Shown one piece after another: positions 10,776 through 19,986 of a DNA stretch of 64,000 bases. Every line of letters starts with the position of its first letter. Positions within the stretch are counted from its first letter, which is position 1. The notes beneath the pieces were generated by a model. It did not search any database and was not told where the DNA came from. It saw only the letters and a program-made list of their open reading frames with translations. Origin of the DNA: an uncultured Candidatus Saccharibacteria bacterium (lineage in GTDB: Bacteria > Patescibacteriota > Minisyncoccia > Phycocordibacterales > EsbW-18); the NCBI GenBank assembly GCA_964447415.1, contig CAYUSN010000002.1, positions 34,512 through 98,511 on the forward strand, given 5' to 3'. Both the position numbers and the translations under genes were made by a program.

Positions 10776-10927
10776 AATGTAGTACTACGATTTAGTAACT
10801 CGCCTCGTACGAAGCGCGACCGGGGTTCCTACACCCCTTGTCTTGCACCGGAGTATACGGCAGAAAAATAAAAATGTCCACCGCGCAACCGCGCTGTAGA
10901 CGTATCTATTTTTTGGTGGCCTGATAC

Positions 10928-11377
10928 TTACTCTGCCTTCTGTTCCTCAGCCGTAGGGGTCTCAACCTGAATTTCAACTGTCGCCTCAGGAACTGTTTCA
11001 GCTGGAGTTTCAACAGGGGCCTCGGGTTGCTGCTCCGTCGCGGATGCTTCAGGGGCAGGAGCTTCAGCAGGTGCTGCAGCCACAGCCGGTTCTTCCTTTA
11101 TGATTGGTGATTTTTTCGGCAACACGTTGCGTTTTTTCCCTGAAATCGCACCTGCGGTCACAAGCATGTTGTAGACGGTGTCGGACGGCTGTGCCCCTTT
11201 GGACATCCAATACTTCGCGCGCTCCACATCAAGTGATTTTTGTTTTGTTGCCGCGTTGTAGAAACCGATTTGCTCCACATGGTTCCCTGCCTTCGGGCCG
11301 CGCGTTGACTCCAACACAACCACACGAAAAGACGGGTCGTTGGTTCGTCCGTACCGCTGTAATCTGATTTTAAGCAT
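10928..11377 (-). CDS. rpsP: 30S ribosomal protein S16 with Ala/Pro/Glu-rich C-terminal tail
   Basis: MLKIRLQRYGR..P.FRVVV, GAQPSDTV. Confidence 0.96.
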   Translation of the reverse strand: MLKIRLQRYGRTNDPSFRVVVLESTRGPKAGNHVEQIGFYNAATKQKSLDVERAKYWMSKGAQPSDTVYNMLVTAGAISGKKRNVLPKKSPIIKEEPAVAAAPAEAPAPEASATEQQPEAPVETPAETVPEATVEIQVETPTAEEQKAE

Positions 11378-11486
11378 GGTGAATGAAAAACTGCCCTCAG
11401 GACAGCGAAAGAACTGTACCAAAAAGCCCCGTAAAAGGCAACCACCGATGGATATAGCCGTTAAAATGTGGTACTGTGATGCGTAC

Positions 11487-13472
11487 ATGAAAAAGAAATC
11501 CCCGAAAAGGGGGGCACGCGGGCACTCCTTGCCCCACCGCACGAGAGGTGCGAAGGCGCCAAAACAGTTTGAAGCGGTTGTGAGGACGACACCAAAAGGT
11601 GTCGGTTTTGTTCCTGACCCGCGCAATGAAAAAGAAAGCATCCGCATTGAAGCCGGGAACCTCAACACCGCGCTTCACGGCGACTCGGTGCTTATCTCCG
11701 TGCTCCCCGGACACTACCGTGGCGAGCGTTTCGGGCGCATTGAGCGCGTGTTACACCGCGCCAAGACCCGCTTCGTCGGCACCGTCATGGAAAACGACGG
11801 CAGACTCGTACTTGTCCCCGATGACCGCAAGAGTTATATCACCCTTCTCTTAAAAGATCCGTCTGGAAGCGTCTCCGGTGACAAGGTGTTTGTTGAGATG
11901 CTGCCGTGGAGCGACCCGAAACAACAGCCGGAGGCCCGCTTGATTGAAAACATCGGAAAAAAAGGACTGCATGAGGTGGAAATCCGCTCGATTATTCTTG
12001 AGAAAGGCATTGATGATACGTTTCCGAAAGACGTAGAAGAAGAGGCGCAGCGTGTGTTTGAAGCATATGCGACGGAAAAAAATCTCGAGGGACGGAAAGA
12101 TTTCAGAAATACCCCGACATGCACCATTGACCCCTTGGACGCAAAAGATTTTGACGACGCGCTTTCGGTGCAGTTTCTTCCCGACGGAAACCTCGAGGTT
12201 GGCGTCCATATTGCCGATGTTTCTCATTTTGTACTCCCAAACAGCACACTTGACCGTGAAGCGCGAAAACGCGCGTTCTCTTCCTACCTTGTTGACCGCA
12301 CTATTCCGATGCTTCCCGAGGTGCTTTCCAACGATCTGTGCAGTCTCAAACCCGATGTTGACCGGCTCACCTATTCTGCATGGTTTACGGTCACACCGGA
12401 GGGTACGGTGCTTTCAAGGAACTTCGGAAAAGCCGTCATCCACTCACAACGGCGGTTTGTATACGAAGAGGCACAAAAAATCCTTGACGCAGGAGCGGGG
12501 TCTTTTTTCAAGGAGCTCACGGCGCTTAACACCATTGCAAAGCACTCGCGTGCGAGACGTATGGGGGCAGGTGCGATTGATTTTGAACAGCATGAGGTGC
12601 GGTTTGAACTTGCCGACGACGGCGTTCCGTTGGAAGCATTTTTGAAAGAGCGTCTCGATACGCACAAACTCATCGAGGAGTTCATGCTTTTGGCAAACCG
12701 CGAGGTTGCAGAGTTTGTGTATTCAAAATACGAGAAAAAACAGCACCCGTTTGTCTACCGTGTACACGACGTACCCAATCCCGAAAAACTCCGTGATCTT
12801 GCAGACTTCGTCCACGCGCTCGGACACACACTCTCCTTGTCGCCGAAAGGGCATGCAAGCGGAAAAATGCTCAACAAACTTTTTAAAGACGTGGAGGGAA
12901 CGCCGGAAGAAGATCTTATTCTGACCGCAGGTTTACGTTCCATGGCAAAGGCAATGTATTCAACCCGCAACATCGGTCACTACGGACTCGCACTTCCCGC
13001 CTACACACAGTTTACCTCTCCTATCCGCCGTTACGCCGACTTGCTCGTACACCGACTCTTGCATGAAGAATTGACCCGCGGAACCCTTCCGATTGGAAAC
13101 TATCCGTTTTACGCAAAAGTCGCGCAGGAAATTTCGGAACGCGAGTTGTCCATTATTGATGCGGAGCGTGAATCGGTAAAACTCAAACAGGCGGAGTACA
13201 TGAACGTGCGCATCGGAAAAGAGTTTGAGGGGGTGATTTCCGGCGTGTCCGACTGGGGAATCTTTATCGAGGAGCGCGACACGCACGCCGAGGGGTTGAT
13301 TCGTCTGGCAAACATGCCGAGTGATTACTACCGGCACGATGCTAAAAAATACCGTGTCGTCGGCGAACGGACAAAAAAGGTATATTCGCTCGGCGACGTG
13401 GTGCGCTTTCGTGTGGTGAATGTTGATGTTGACCGTAAGCAGATTGAGTGTGCGCTCGTGTCCAGCACATAG
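11487..13472 (+). CDS. rnr: ribonuclease R (RNB family)
   Basis: TIDPLDAKDFDDA, FTSPIRRYADL, cold-shock and C-terminal S1 domains; start placed at ATG 11487. Confidence 0.93.
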   Translation: MKKKSPKRGARGHSLPHRTRGAKAPKQFEAVVRTTPKGVGFVPDPRNEKESIRIEAGNLNTALHGDSVLISVLPGHYRGERFGRIERVLHRAKTRFVGTVMENDGRLVLVPDDRKSYITLLLKDPSGSVSGDKVFVEMLPWSDPKQQPEARLIENIGKKGLHEVEIRSIILEKGIDDTFPKDVEEEAQRVFEAYATEKNLEGRKDFRNTPTCTIDPLDAKDFDDALSVQFLPDGNLEVGVHIADVSHFVLPNSTLDREARKRAFSSYLVDRTIPMLPEVLSNDLCSLKPDVDRLTYSAWFTVTPEGTVLSRNFGKAVIHSQRRFVYEEAQKILDAGAGSFFKELTALNTIAKHSRARRMGAGAIDFEQHEVRFELADDGVPLEAFLKERLDTHKLIEEFMLLANREVAEFVYSKYEKKQHPFVYRVHDVPNPEKLRDLADFVHALGHTLSLSPKGHASGKMLNKLFKDVEGTPEEDLILTAGLRSMAKAMYSTRNIGHYGLALPAYTQFTSPIRRYADLLVHRLLHEELTRGTLPIGNYPFYAKVAQEISERELSIIDAERESVKLKQAEYMNVRIGKEFEGVISGVSDWGIFIEERDTHAEGLIRLANMPSDYYRHDAKKYRVVGERTKKVYSLGDVVRFRVVNVDVDRKQIECALVSST

Positions 13473-13594
13473 TTTGCCGCTATCTCTTTGTTACAAACAC
13501 ACACACCCTCCTCACCGCTCACAGAAAGTTCCAGTTTTGTCCGCACAGTTGGATAAACCTTTCGATGAAGCAACAGCGACAAACTATGTGCTGG
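13462..13594. repeat. 133-bp element bounded by 20-bp inverted repeats
   Basis: CCAGCACATAGTTTGCCGCT (13462-13481) versus AGCGACAAACTATGTGCTGG (13575-13594), 19/20 complementary. Confidence 0.75.
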
Positions 13595-13633
13595 GTGAAT
13601 TGAAAAGTATTCTGGAGGACGTACAATACACGT

Positions 13634-13861
13634 ATGCAGGACTGGTTTTCTTTTAGCGTATCTTCCGAAACGTTTTCCGTCACCTTGTGGATCATTTTTA
13701 TCGCTGTTGCTATCGTATGGGCAGTGACGTCCGGTATTTTATGGTTTCACTGGCGCGCATACGGTGCCGACACGAAACGTGTAAAGCGTATCCGGCGCGT
13801 ATACCTTACCGGCTCGCTCGTGCTTCTTGTTCTTGCCATGAGTTTTATCTTTTCGCTCTAA
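13634..13861 (+). CDS. small membrane protein, two TM helices
   Basis: 75-aa ORF with two hydrophobic segments; TACAAT 6 nt upstream of ATG. Confidence 0.75.
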   Translation: MQDWFSFSVSSETFSVTLWIIFIAVAIVWAVTSGILWFHWRAYGADTKRVKRIRRVYLTGSLVLLVLAMSFIFSL

Positions 13862-13864
13862 ACC

Positions 13865-14485
13865 ATGCTGCATAATCCTTACACCGCAGGCACAAAACCG
13901 CGTTCACAGGATCTCAACCTGGAACAGCTTATTAACCTTGAGGAGGGCGAGAAAATACTGCTGGAGGTGCGTCGGCACATGTTTATCCTGTACGGCAAGG
14001 TCGCATTACTCTTGATTTTCTTTTTTGTCCCGCTTGCGCTGTCACCTGCACTCGGAGTATTCATCAACAAACTGACCGACGGAACAGCGGGTCCGATTGC
14101 GGTCGGCTTTTTCTTCCTGCTGTGGTGCCTGTTTCTTTGGGTGCTCTTTTTCTTCTACTGGACCGACTACTATCTTGATGTGTGGATTGTCACCAACCGC
14201 CGTATTTTCGATATTGAACAAAAAGGGGTGTTTCGACGCGACGTCTCCGTCACAAGATTAGAGCAGGTGCAGGATGTCACCGTGTCCGTTGACGGTATTT
14301 TTGCGACATTCATGCACTTCGGCAACATTCACATCCACACCGCAGGAAGTGAAATTGACTTCACCATCAAAAACGCCGCCAATCCAATGCACGTCAAAGA
14401 GACCATTATGCGCGCGCACGGCGAAGCGTTTTCAGAACACAACAGCCTGCGCACTGCTACTTCGCAACCGCAACAGCCTCAGTAA
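13865..14485 (+). CDS. bacterial PH-domain membrane protein (bPH_2-like)
   Basis: Two TMs followed by WIVTNRRIFDIEQKGVF and FGNIHIHTAG. Confidence 0.8.
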   Translation: MLHNPYTAGTKPRSQDLNLEQLINLEEGEKILLEVRRHMFILYGKVALLLIFFFVPLALSPALGVFINKLTDGTAGPIAVGFFFLLWCLFLWVLFFFYWTDYYLDVWIVTNRRIFDIEQKGVFRRDVSVTRLEQVQDVTVSVDGIFATFMHFGNIHIHTAGSEIDFTIKNAANPMHVKETIMRAHGEAFSEHNSLRTATSQPQQPQ

Positions 14486-16757
14486 ACGATACCGACAGAA
14501 GCTGAGATACGGCATCGTGTCCCATCGTTACACCATAGAGTACACCGGCGCGTGACATCGTTTCACGATTGTGTGTAATTAAAATAAGTTGTGTCTTTGC
14601 GGCAAGGTTTTCAATCATGTCGCCGTAGCGTTTGCTGTTTGCCTCGTCGAGCGCCGCGTCGGTTTCATCCAAAATAATACACGGCGGGGGATTCACCTGC
14701 GACATCGCAAAAATCAGCGCAATTGAGGTGAGCGCCCGTTCGCCTCCTGAGAGCATTTCAAGTCCGTGGATTTTTTTGCGAGGCAGTGACACGTGGATTT
14801 CAACGCCTTCCTGCATCTTCTCCACATCCGTGTCAGCCTCATCCGGCACGCCACCCTCAAACATCTCTTCTAAGTCGGAATCTTTGCGTGCGCGTTTGAC
14901 CTCACGGACAACCTCAAGCGACGCGGTGCCGCCGCCGAACATCAGTGCGAAGAATTCCGCAAACTGCTCGTTTATTTTTTTGACACCATCCTGAAATTCG
15001 CGCGCGAGTGTTTCTTCCAAATCGGCAATGAGCTGTTTGAGCGCCTCTGCCGAGGCAAGCAAGTCGGTGACTTCTTTTTCAAGAAACGCGTCGCGTTGTG
15101 ACACTTCCTCATACTCTTTCATCACATCTTCCCCGCCCGCGTTTCCCGCTTCTTCAAGCCGTATTTTCATGCGTTCAATTTCCTTTTTACGCGCGAGTTG
15201 TTCTTTGCGGTCCTCCGGAGACGGCGACCGCGTCAGCGCCTGCATCACGTCGTCAAAACGCACCGCTTCCATGCCGGCAAGTGCACCGGCCTCCATCAAT
15301 TCGCGCTTAAACTCTTCTTCTTCCAAAGAAAGCGCCTGCAATGCGCCGGCAAGGCGCTGCACTTCCACGCGAATCTCCTGCTGTTCGTTTGAGAGCGAGA
15401 AAATGTTCCGCTCCATTTCGCGTCCGGAGTGCATGTCTGTTTCGATGTCGGCCTGTACTTTTTTGTAAGACACCTCATGCTCCTTTTCCTGGGCCTCAAA
15501 ACGGACCACCTCCGCATCGAGTTTTGTTTTTTCCTTCTCAAGATCGGCGAGCTGTGCACGCATATCGGCAAGCTCTTCGTTTGAGGACCCCGCCGAACCC
15601 GACACGTTTGCGATAAATTCGGCGACCAGCACCCTCATCTCAGAAAGCGCCGACTTTAGGGCGGCAGCGTCTGTAAGCAGGAGCGCCTCGGAAATACGGG
15701 AAAGAAGCTTACCGGTCATTCCCGACACGGATGAAAACGGCACAGTTCGGTGCGCATCTTCGTTCTGACGTTTCTCTTCGCGGGCGATAATCGTTTTGAG
15801 CGTCGCAATCTCTCCCTCCACGCGCCCGGCTTCACGGACTTTTGCGTCTTTTTCGGCGCGCAATTCGCGCAATTTTTTCTCACCTTCAAGCAGCGCGTCG
15901 GACGTGGTGTCTTTCCGTGCGAGGCGCTGCAGCTCTTCACGCGCATCGCCGATTTCTTTCTCCAGGCGCTTCATGTGCGCTTCCTTCGGCTTCAGCTCAT
16001 CTTCAATGCGCGTTTTTTCAGCGGTGAGATATGTTTTCTCACGCGCAAAATATTCTTTGTAGTCACGCACCAGCAGTTCGGAGAGTTCACGCGCACGGGC
16101 GAGTTTTGCCACCTGTTTTTCCAAAAATTTCAGATGCGGTTTCAATTCGCGCCGGATGCTTTCCGCGCGGTCAAGATTCTCCTGCGTCTTTTCAAGCTTG
16201 CGGAGGCTTTCTTCTTTCTTGTACTGATACATCTTCAGACCGAGCGCGTCCTCCACCATTGTTTTTCGTTCACGGAAATTCACCGACAAAATCCTGTCCG
16301 CCTCACCCTGTGAAATAATATGGTGACCCGAGGCGCCGATATGTGCGCCGGACAGCATTTCAAAAATATCCTTCAGCCGTGACACCGAACCGTTGAGGTG
16401 ATATTCGCTCGACGCGTCGCGGTGAATAATGCGCTCAAGCACCACCTCGTCAAAATCCACGTCAAAGAGCCGCCTGCCGTCTTGGCTTGCTCCCGGCGTG
16501 TTGTCAAACACGAGTTTCACGTGTGCGCGGTTGCTTTTCGGCGTCTCCTTTGAGCCGTTCCAAATGAGGTCTTCCGTGCGCTTGCCGCGCATGGACTTGA
16601 TGGATTGTTCGCCGAGCACGAAACGAAACGCTTCGGCGACGTTTGATTTGCCGGAGCCGTTGGGACCCACGATTGCCGTAATCGGCGTTTTGAATTCAAG
16701 CGATGCCTTCTTTGCGAATGACTTGAATCCGGAGAGTTCGAGAGATTTAAGATACAT
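14457..16757 (-). CDS. smc: SMC-family ATPase, short (766 aa)
   Basis: Walker A GPNGSGKSN, IISQG Q-loop, LSGGE signature, ILDETDAALD Walker B/D-loop, coiled coils; rnc-smc synteny. Confidence 0.88.
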   Translation of the reverse strand: MYLKSLELSGFKSFAKKASLEFKTPITAIVGPNGSGKSNVAEAFRFVLGEQSIKSMRGKRTEDLIWNGSKETPKSNRAHVKLVFDNTPGASQDGRRLFDVDFDEVVLERIIHRDASSEYHLNGSVSRLKDIFEMLSGAHIGASGHHIISQGEADRILSVNFRERKTMVEDALGLKMYQYKKEESLRKLEKTQENLDRAESIRRELKPHLKFLEKQVAKLARARELSELLVRDYKEYFAREKTYLTAEKTRIEDELKPKEAHMKRLEKEIGDAREELQRLARKDTTSDALLEGEKKLRELRAEKDAKVREAGRVEGEIATLKTIIAREEKRQNEDAHRTVPFSSVSGMTGKLLSRISEALLLTDAAALKSALSEMRVLVAEFIANVSGSAGSSNEELADMRAQLADLEKEKTKLDAEVVRFEAQEKEHEVSYKKVQADIETDMHSGREMERNIFSLSNEQQEIRVEVQRLAGALQALSLEEEEFKRELMEAGALAGMEAVRFDDVMQALTRSPSPEDRKEQLARKKEIERMKIRLEEAGNAGGEDVMKEYEEVSQRDAFLEKEVTDLLASAEALKQLIADLEETLAREFQDGVKKINEQFAEFFALMFGGGTASLEVVREVKRARKDSDLEEMFEGGVPDEADTDVEKMQEGVEIHVSLPRKKIHGLEMLSGGERALTSIALIFAMSQVNPPPCIILDETDAALDEANSKRYGDMIENLAAKTQLILITHNRETMSRAGVLYGVTMGHDAVSQLLSVSFTEAVAVAK

Positions 16758-16813
16758 ACAAAAAACGCGTCCGTACGCGTGTAGTATCGCATATTTTTTT
16801 GCAGCTTTCTAAT

Positions 16814-17503
16814 TTACCACCCCTTCTTTGTAATCGCGTTCTGGGCCGCGGATTGCTCCGCTTCTTGTTTTGATTTTCCGGAACCGCGGGCAACCTCTTC
16901 CCCTTTCAAAAAAACCGAGACCGTAAAATCGCGGTCGTGGTCTGGACCTTCTTCCTGCACGGTCTGGTACGACGGCGTAATACCGACCTTGTCCTGCGCA
17001 AGCTCCTGAAAACGGCTCTTTGCATCGCGCCAGAGATGGTTGTTGACGATATCTTCCGTACGCGGCAACAGGAACTTCGCTACAAACGCACGTGCCACGT
17101 CGTATCCCCCGTCAAGAAACAGTGCGCCGACGATGGCTTCAAAGGCGTTTGCAAGAATGTACTGGCGCGCGCGACCGGTGTCTTTTGCCTCACCTTTCGA
17201 CAAGTGCAGAAAATCATTGACACCAAGCTCCATGGACACTGTCGCCAGTGTTGATGTATTCACGAGTCCCGCGCGATATGATGTCAGATCACCCTCCGCT
17301 TTATTCGGATATTTTGCGTACAGAAATTCAGTGGTGATGAGTTCCAACACCGCGTCTCCTAAAAATTCGAGGCGCTCGTTGTGGTCACCCGCATGCCGGT
17401 GCGACTCATTGATAAAGGAGCGGTGCGTCAGCGCCGTTGTTATCAGTTTTGTGTCGGCAAACGTGTGCCCGATTTTTTCTTCCAAGACATGGACATCATT
17501 CAT
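16814..17503 (-). CDS. rnc: ribonuclease III
   Basis: HNERLEFLGDAVL signature and C-terminal dsRBD; start placed at ATG 17503. Confidence 0.97.
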   Translation of the reverse strand: MNDVHVLEEKIGHTFADTKLITTALTHRSFINESHRHAGDHNERLEFLGDAVLELITTEFLYAKYPNKAEGDLTSYRAGLVNTSTLATVSMELGVNDFLHLSKGEAKDTGRARQYILANAFEAIVGALFLDGGYDVARAFVAKFLLPRTEDIVNNHLWRDAKSRFQELAQDKVGITPSYQTVQEEGPDHDRDFTVSVFLKGEEVARGSGKSKQEAEQSAAQNAITKKGW

Positions 17504-17505
17504 AC

Positions 17506-18402
17506 TCAGTGCTGTTTTTGCGACAGGAGTGTAATTGCTTTCGTAATGAGAGGCAAGATGTCGTCGTAGATGTTGAGGTTTACAATTTCTCCGAGACGAA
17601 ACCACCGCGCATCATCAAGTCCGCCCGAGGTACCCAATTTGATTTCGTGAAACGGCGATTCGGCCAAAAAATACGTCACACGCTTTCGGATTTTTCCTTT
17701 TTCAGGATGCGAGGCGATGTATTCGTTGCTTCCAATTTCATCCTGTATCTCCACCTCAAGTCCGAGCTCCTCCAGCATTTCACGAGCCGTGCCCGTGCGA
17801 GCGTCTTCACCGTTCTCTATTTTTCCCTTGGAGAGCGTCCAGTGCCCGAACACATCATGCACGAATGCAATGTAGATATCATCACCGTGCCGCGCATAGA
17901 CAAACGCGCCGCCGAGAACCTCCTGCGGCATCTCGTCGTATGGCACGTCCTTTTTCTTTTTTGATGTTTCGTTTTTTCCCGGCTCGCCGAGTTCCTTGTA
18001 CACGGAACCGAGCACGCCGTTCACAAACCGACCCGATGAGTCACCGCCGAAACTCTTAGCAAGCTCGATGGCTTCGTTGATGGCCACCTTCGCCGGCACG
18101 TGCGCACGATCGCCGAAGAGAAGCTCAAAAAGCCCGAGACGCAGAACGTTGCGGTCAACGAGCGAGATTTTGTCTATCGGCCATTCAGGCGCGGCTTTCT
18201 CGATGATGGTATCGAGGTCTTTGCGCTTTTGGATAACTCCTTTCAAGAGCGATCTCATAAAATCCTGCTCTCCGATGCCCGGTGCGAATTCCGCGGCAAT
18301 GTGAGAGAGAACTCCCGCAGCTTCTTTTGCTGACACGGAAGAAAAATCAATCTGGAAAAGGGTCTGAAGAACAACTGATCTCGCTAAATGGCGATTGCTC
18401 AT
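17506..18402 (-). CDS. nusB: transcription antitermination factor NusB fused to a NUDIX hydrolase
   Basis: VAINEAIELAK.FG...S.RFVNGVLG, then a complete Nudix box GKIENGEDARTGTAREMLEELGL. Confidence 0.92.
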   Translation of the reverse strand: MSNRHLARSVVLQTLFQIDFSSVSAKEAAGVLSHIAAEFAPGIGEQDFMRSLLKGVIQKRKDLDTIIEKAAPEWPIDKISLVDRNVLRLGLFELLFGDRAHVPAKVAINEAIELAKSFGGDSSGRFVNGVLGSVYKELGEPGKNETSKKKKDVPYDEMPQEVLGGAFVYARHGDDIYIAFVHDVFGHWTLSKGKIENGEDARTGTAREMLEELGLEVEIQDEIGSNEYIASHPEKGKIRKRVTYFLAESPFHEIKLGTSGGLDDARWFRLGEIVNLNIYDDILPLITKAITLLSQKQH

Positions 18403-18441
18403 ATGTGCGCGCCGCTTTCGCGGCGCGGAAGTGTCAAACGT

Positions 18442-18714
18442 CTACTTCGAGTCTTTCGACTCGCTCTTCTGTGCATCCGCTGCGCTTTCGCCTCGTGCAC
18501 GGAGTTTCGCCTGCTTTCGGGCAAGAGAACGCTCCGCCTTGGCCTGCGCATTTACAACCGTTCGACCGCGATACGCGCCGCACGTCAGACACGCCTGGTG
18601 CCGGATGTGCTTGGAACCGCAGGTAGCGCACACAGAAAGACGCGGCCCTGAAAGGGCGTGGTGCGACCGGCGGTTGCCGGTGTGGCCTTTTGTGTGACGC
18701 ATTCGAACTGTCAT
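18442..18714 (-). CDS. rpmF: 50S ribosomal protein L32
   Basis: HTKGHTGNRRSH, CxxC...CxxCG.Y.GR. Confidence 0.93.
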   Translation of the reverse strand: MTVRMRHTKGHTGNRRSHHALSGPRLSVCATCGSKHIRHQACLTCGAYRGRTVVNAQAKAERSLARKQAKLRARGESAADAQKSESKDSK

Positions 18715-18751
18715 AACGTGTACACTCTAACAAAAACAGGTATTTTGTGCA

Positions 18752-18802
18752 AACAAAAAGGCCCGATGCTGCTGGACCTCTTTGGTCCTGCTACATCGGG
18801 CC
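18752..18802 (-). terminator. intrinsic terminator of the orphan NUDIX-like gene
   Basis: GGCCCGATG...CATCGGGCC stem followed by TTTTTGTTT on the minus strand. Confidence 0.7.
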
Positions 18803-18807
18803 ACCCA

Positions 18808-19320
18808 TCAGGCGGCGAGGCGCGTGATACTGATTCGCGCCCTTTCGGCCGGCACCTTGTGCGTGAAGAACATCTCGCTGATGAGCGCGTCGTCGAGAAC
18901 GCGCCACTCGGGAGCTTCCAGGAGCTCGTCACCGTCCCACATCGGCTCCCTGCGGATCTCCGCGTTCTTCGGGATCTCGATGAGGCAGAAGTACTGGCGA
19001 TGAGGATCGCGGTCACCTCGTGCCGGCTTGAAGACCGTGTGAAGCGGCTCTCGGTACGAGACGACGGGAACCCCCATCTCCGCGAGAATTTCTCGTTCGA
19101 GCGTGTCCTCCGGCGTCTTGTCCTCCGGTGCGTCATTGTTGGTGCCACCGATGAACTTCAGCTGTACTTCGTTGGCACGAACTGGGTCCATCGGATGAGG
19201 TCTGTACTTCATGACCAGGACCTCGATTTCGCCGTCCTGATTGCGCCATGGAATGCCGGCGCAGAACCAGGATGAAGCATCCAACGGAACTACGTTAAGC
19301 GGTCCATTGAGACTTCCCAC
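18808..19320 (-). CDS. orphan NUDIX-fold protein with degenerate Nudix box
   Basis: KFIGG...PEDTLEREILAEMGV; GTG start preceded by GGGGG; TTGACA-17-TATTGT promoter at 19401-19373. Confidence 0.65.
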   Translation of the reverse strand: MGSLNGPLNVVPLDASSWFCAGIPWRNQDGEIEVLVMKYRPHPMDPVRANEVQLKFIGGTNNDAPEDKTPEDTLEREILAEMGVPVVSYREPLHTVFKPARGDRDPHRQYFCLIEIPKNAEIRREPMWDGDELLEAPEWRVLDDALISEMFFTHKVPAERARISITRLAA

Positions 19321-19383
19321 GTGTACCCCCAATCCTGAGTAGTGTTTTTTTGAGACCTAAACTTCCTTTCCCACAATATCATA

Positions 19384-19974
19384 CTACACTACACTTGTCA
19401 AGTTACGACAAAACGTCTTGCGGTGCATTGGTGAGAGCCCGTTTCGGCGCAGAGCGCTGATGTGCGCTTTCGTCCCATATCCCTTATGAATCTCAAATCC
19501 ATACTGCGGATATTTTTTTGCGATGCGCACCATATACCGGTCACGTGTTACTTTTGCGACAATTGACGCAAGTGCGATGGAGAGTTCTTTTTCATCTCCT
19601 TTGATAATTGTTTTCTGGTGCTGATATTTCTCAGGCGCCTTCAGTCCCCCATCTAAAAAAATTTGTGTGCTTTTCGGTAAATCTAGCGTGTTGAGCACGG
19701 TTGAAATTCCTTGTCTGATTGCGAAAGAAATTCCTTTTGTGTCTATCGTACGTGCGCCCACCAATCTCACCGCGCATGAAAGCGCCCCTTTCTTTTGCAG
19801 GCGCTCAATTTCCGCAAACCACTCGTCGCGTTGTTTCGGAGAAAGTTTTTTTGAATCGCGTGTTTTTGGGAACGCGCCGCGCACCGCACGTGAGCGGATC
19901 ACCACACATCCGACGGCAACCGGACCCGCCAGCGGTCCCCTTCCCGCTTCATCAATACCGACGACGGTTTTCAT
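19384..19974 (-). CDS. rnhB: ribonuclease HII
   Basis: GIDEAGRGPLAGPV, DSKKL, ASIVAKVTRD, HKGYGT. Confidence 0.97.
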   Translation of the reverse strand: MKTVVGIDEAGRGPLAGPVAVGCVVIRSRAVRGAFPKTRDSKKLSPKQRDEWFAEIERLQKKGALSCAVRLVGARTIDTKGISFAIRQGISTVLNTLDLPKSTQIFLDGGLKAPEKYQHQKTIIKGDEKELSIALASIVAKVTRDRYMVRIAKKYPQYGFEIHKGYGTKAHISALRRNGLSPMHRKTFCRNLTSVV

Positions 19975-19986
19975 ATTCAAAAAAAC

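Noticed and set aside
18658-19275. 205-aa plus-strand ORF
   Set aside because: Antisense shadow of the NUDIX-like orphan and rpmF, with no expression signals.
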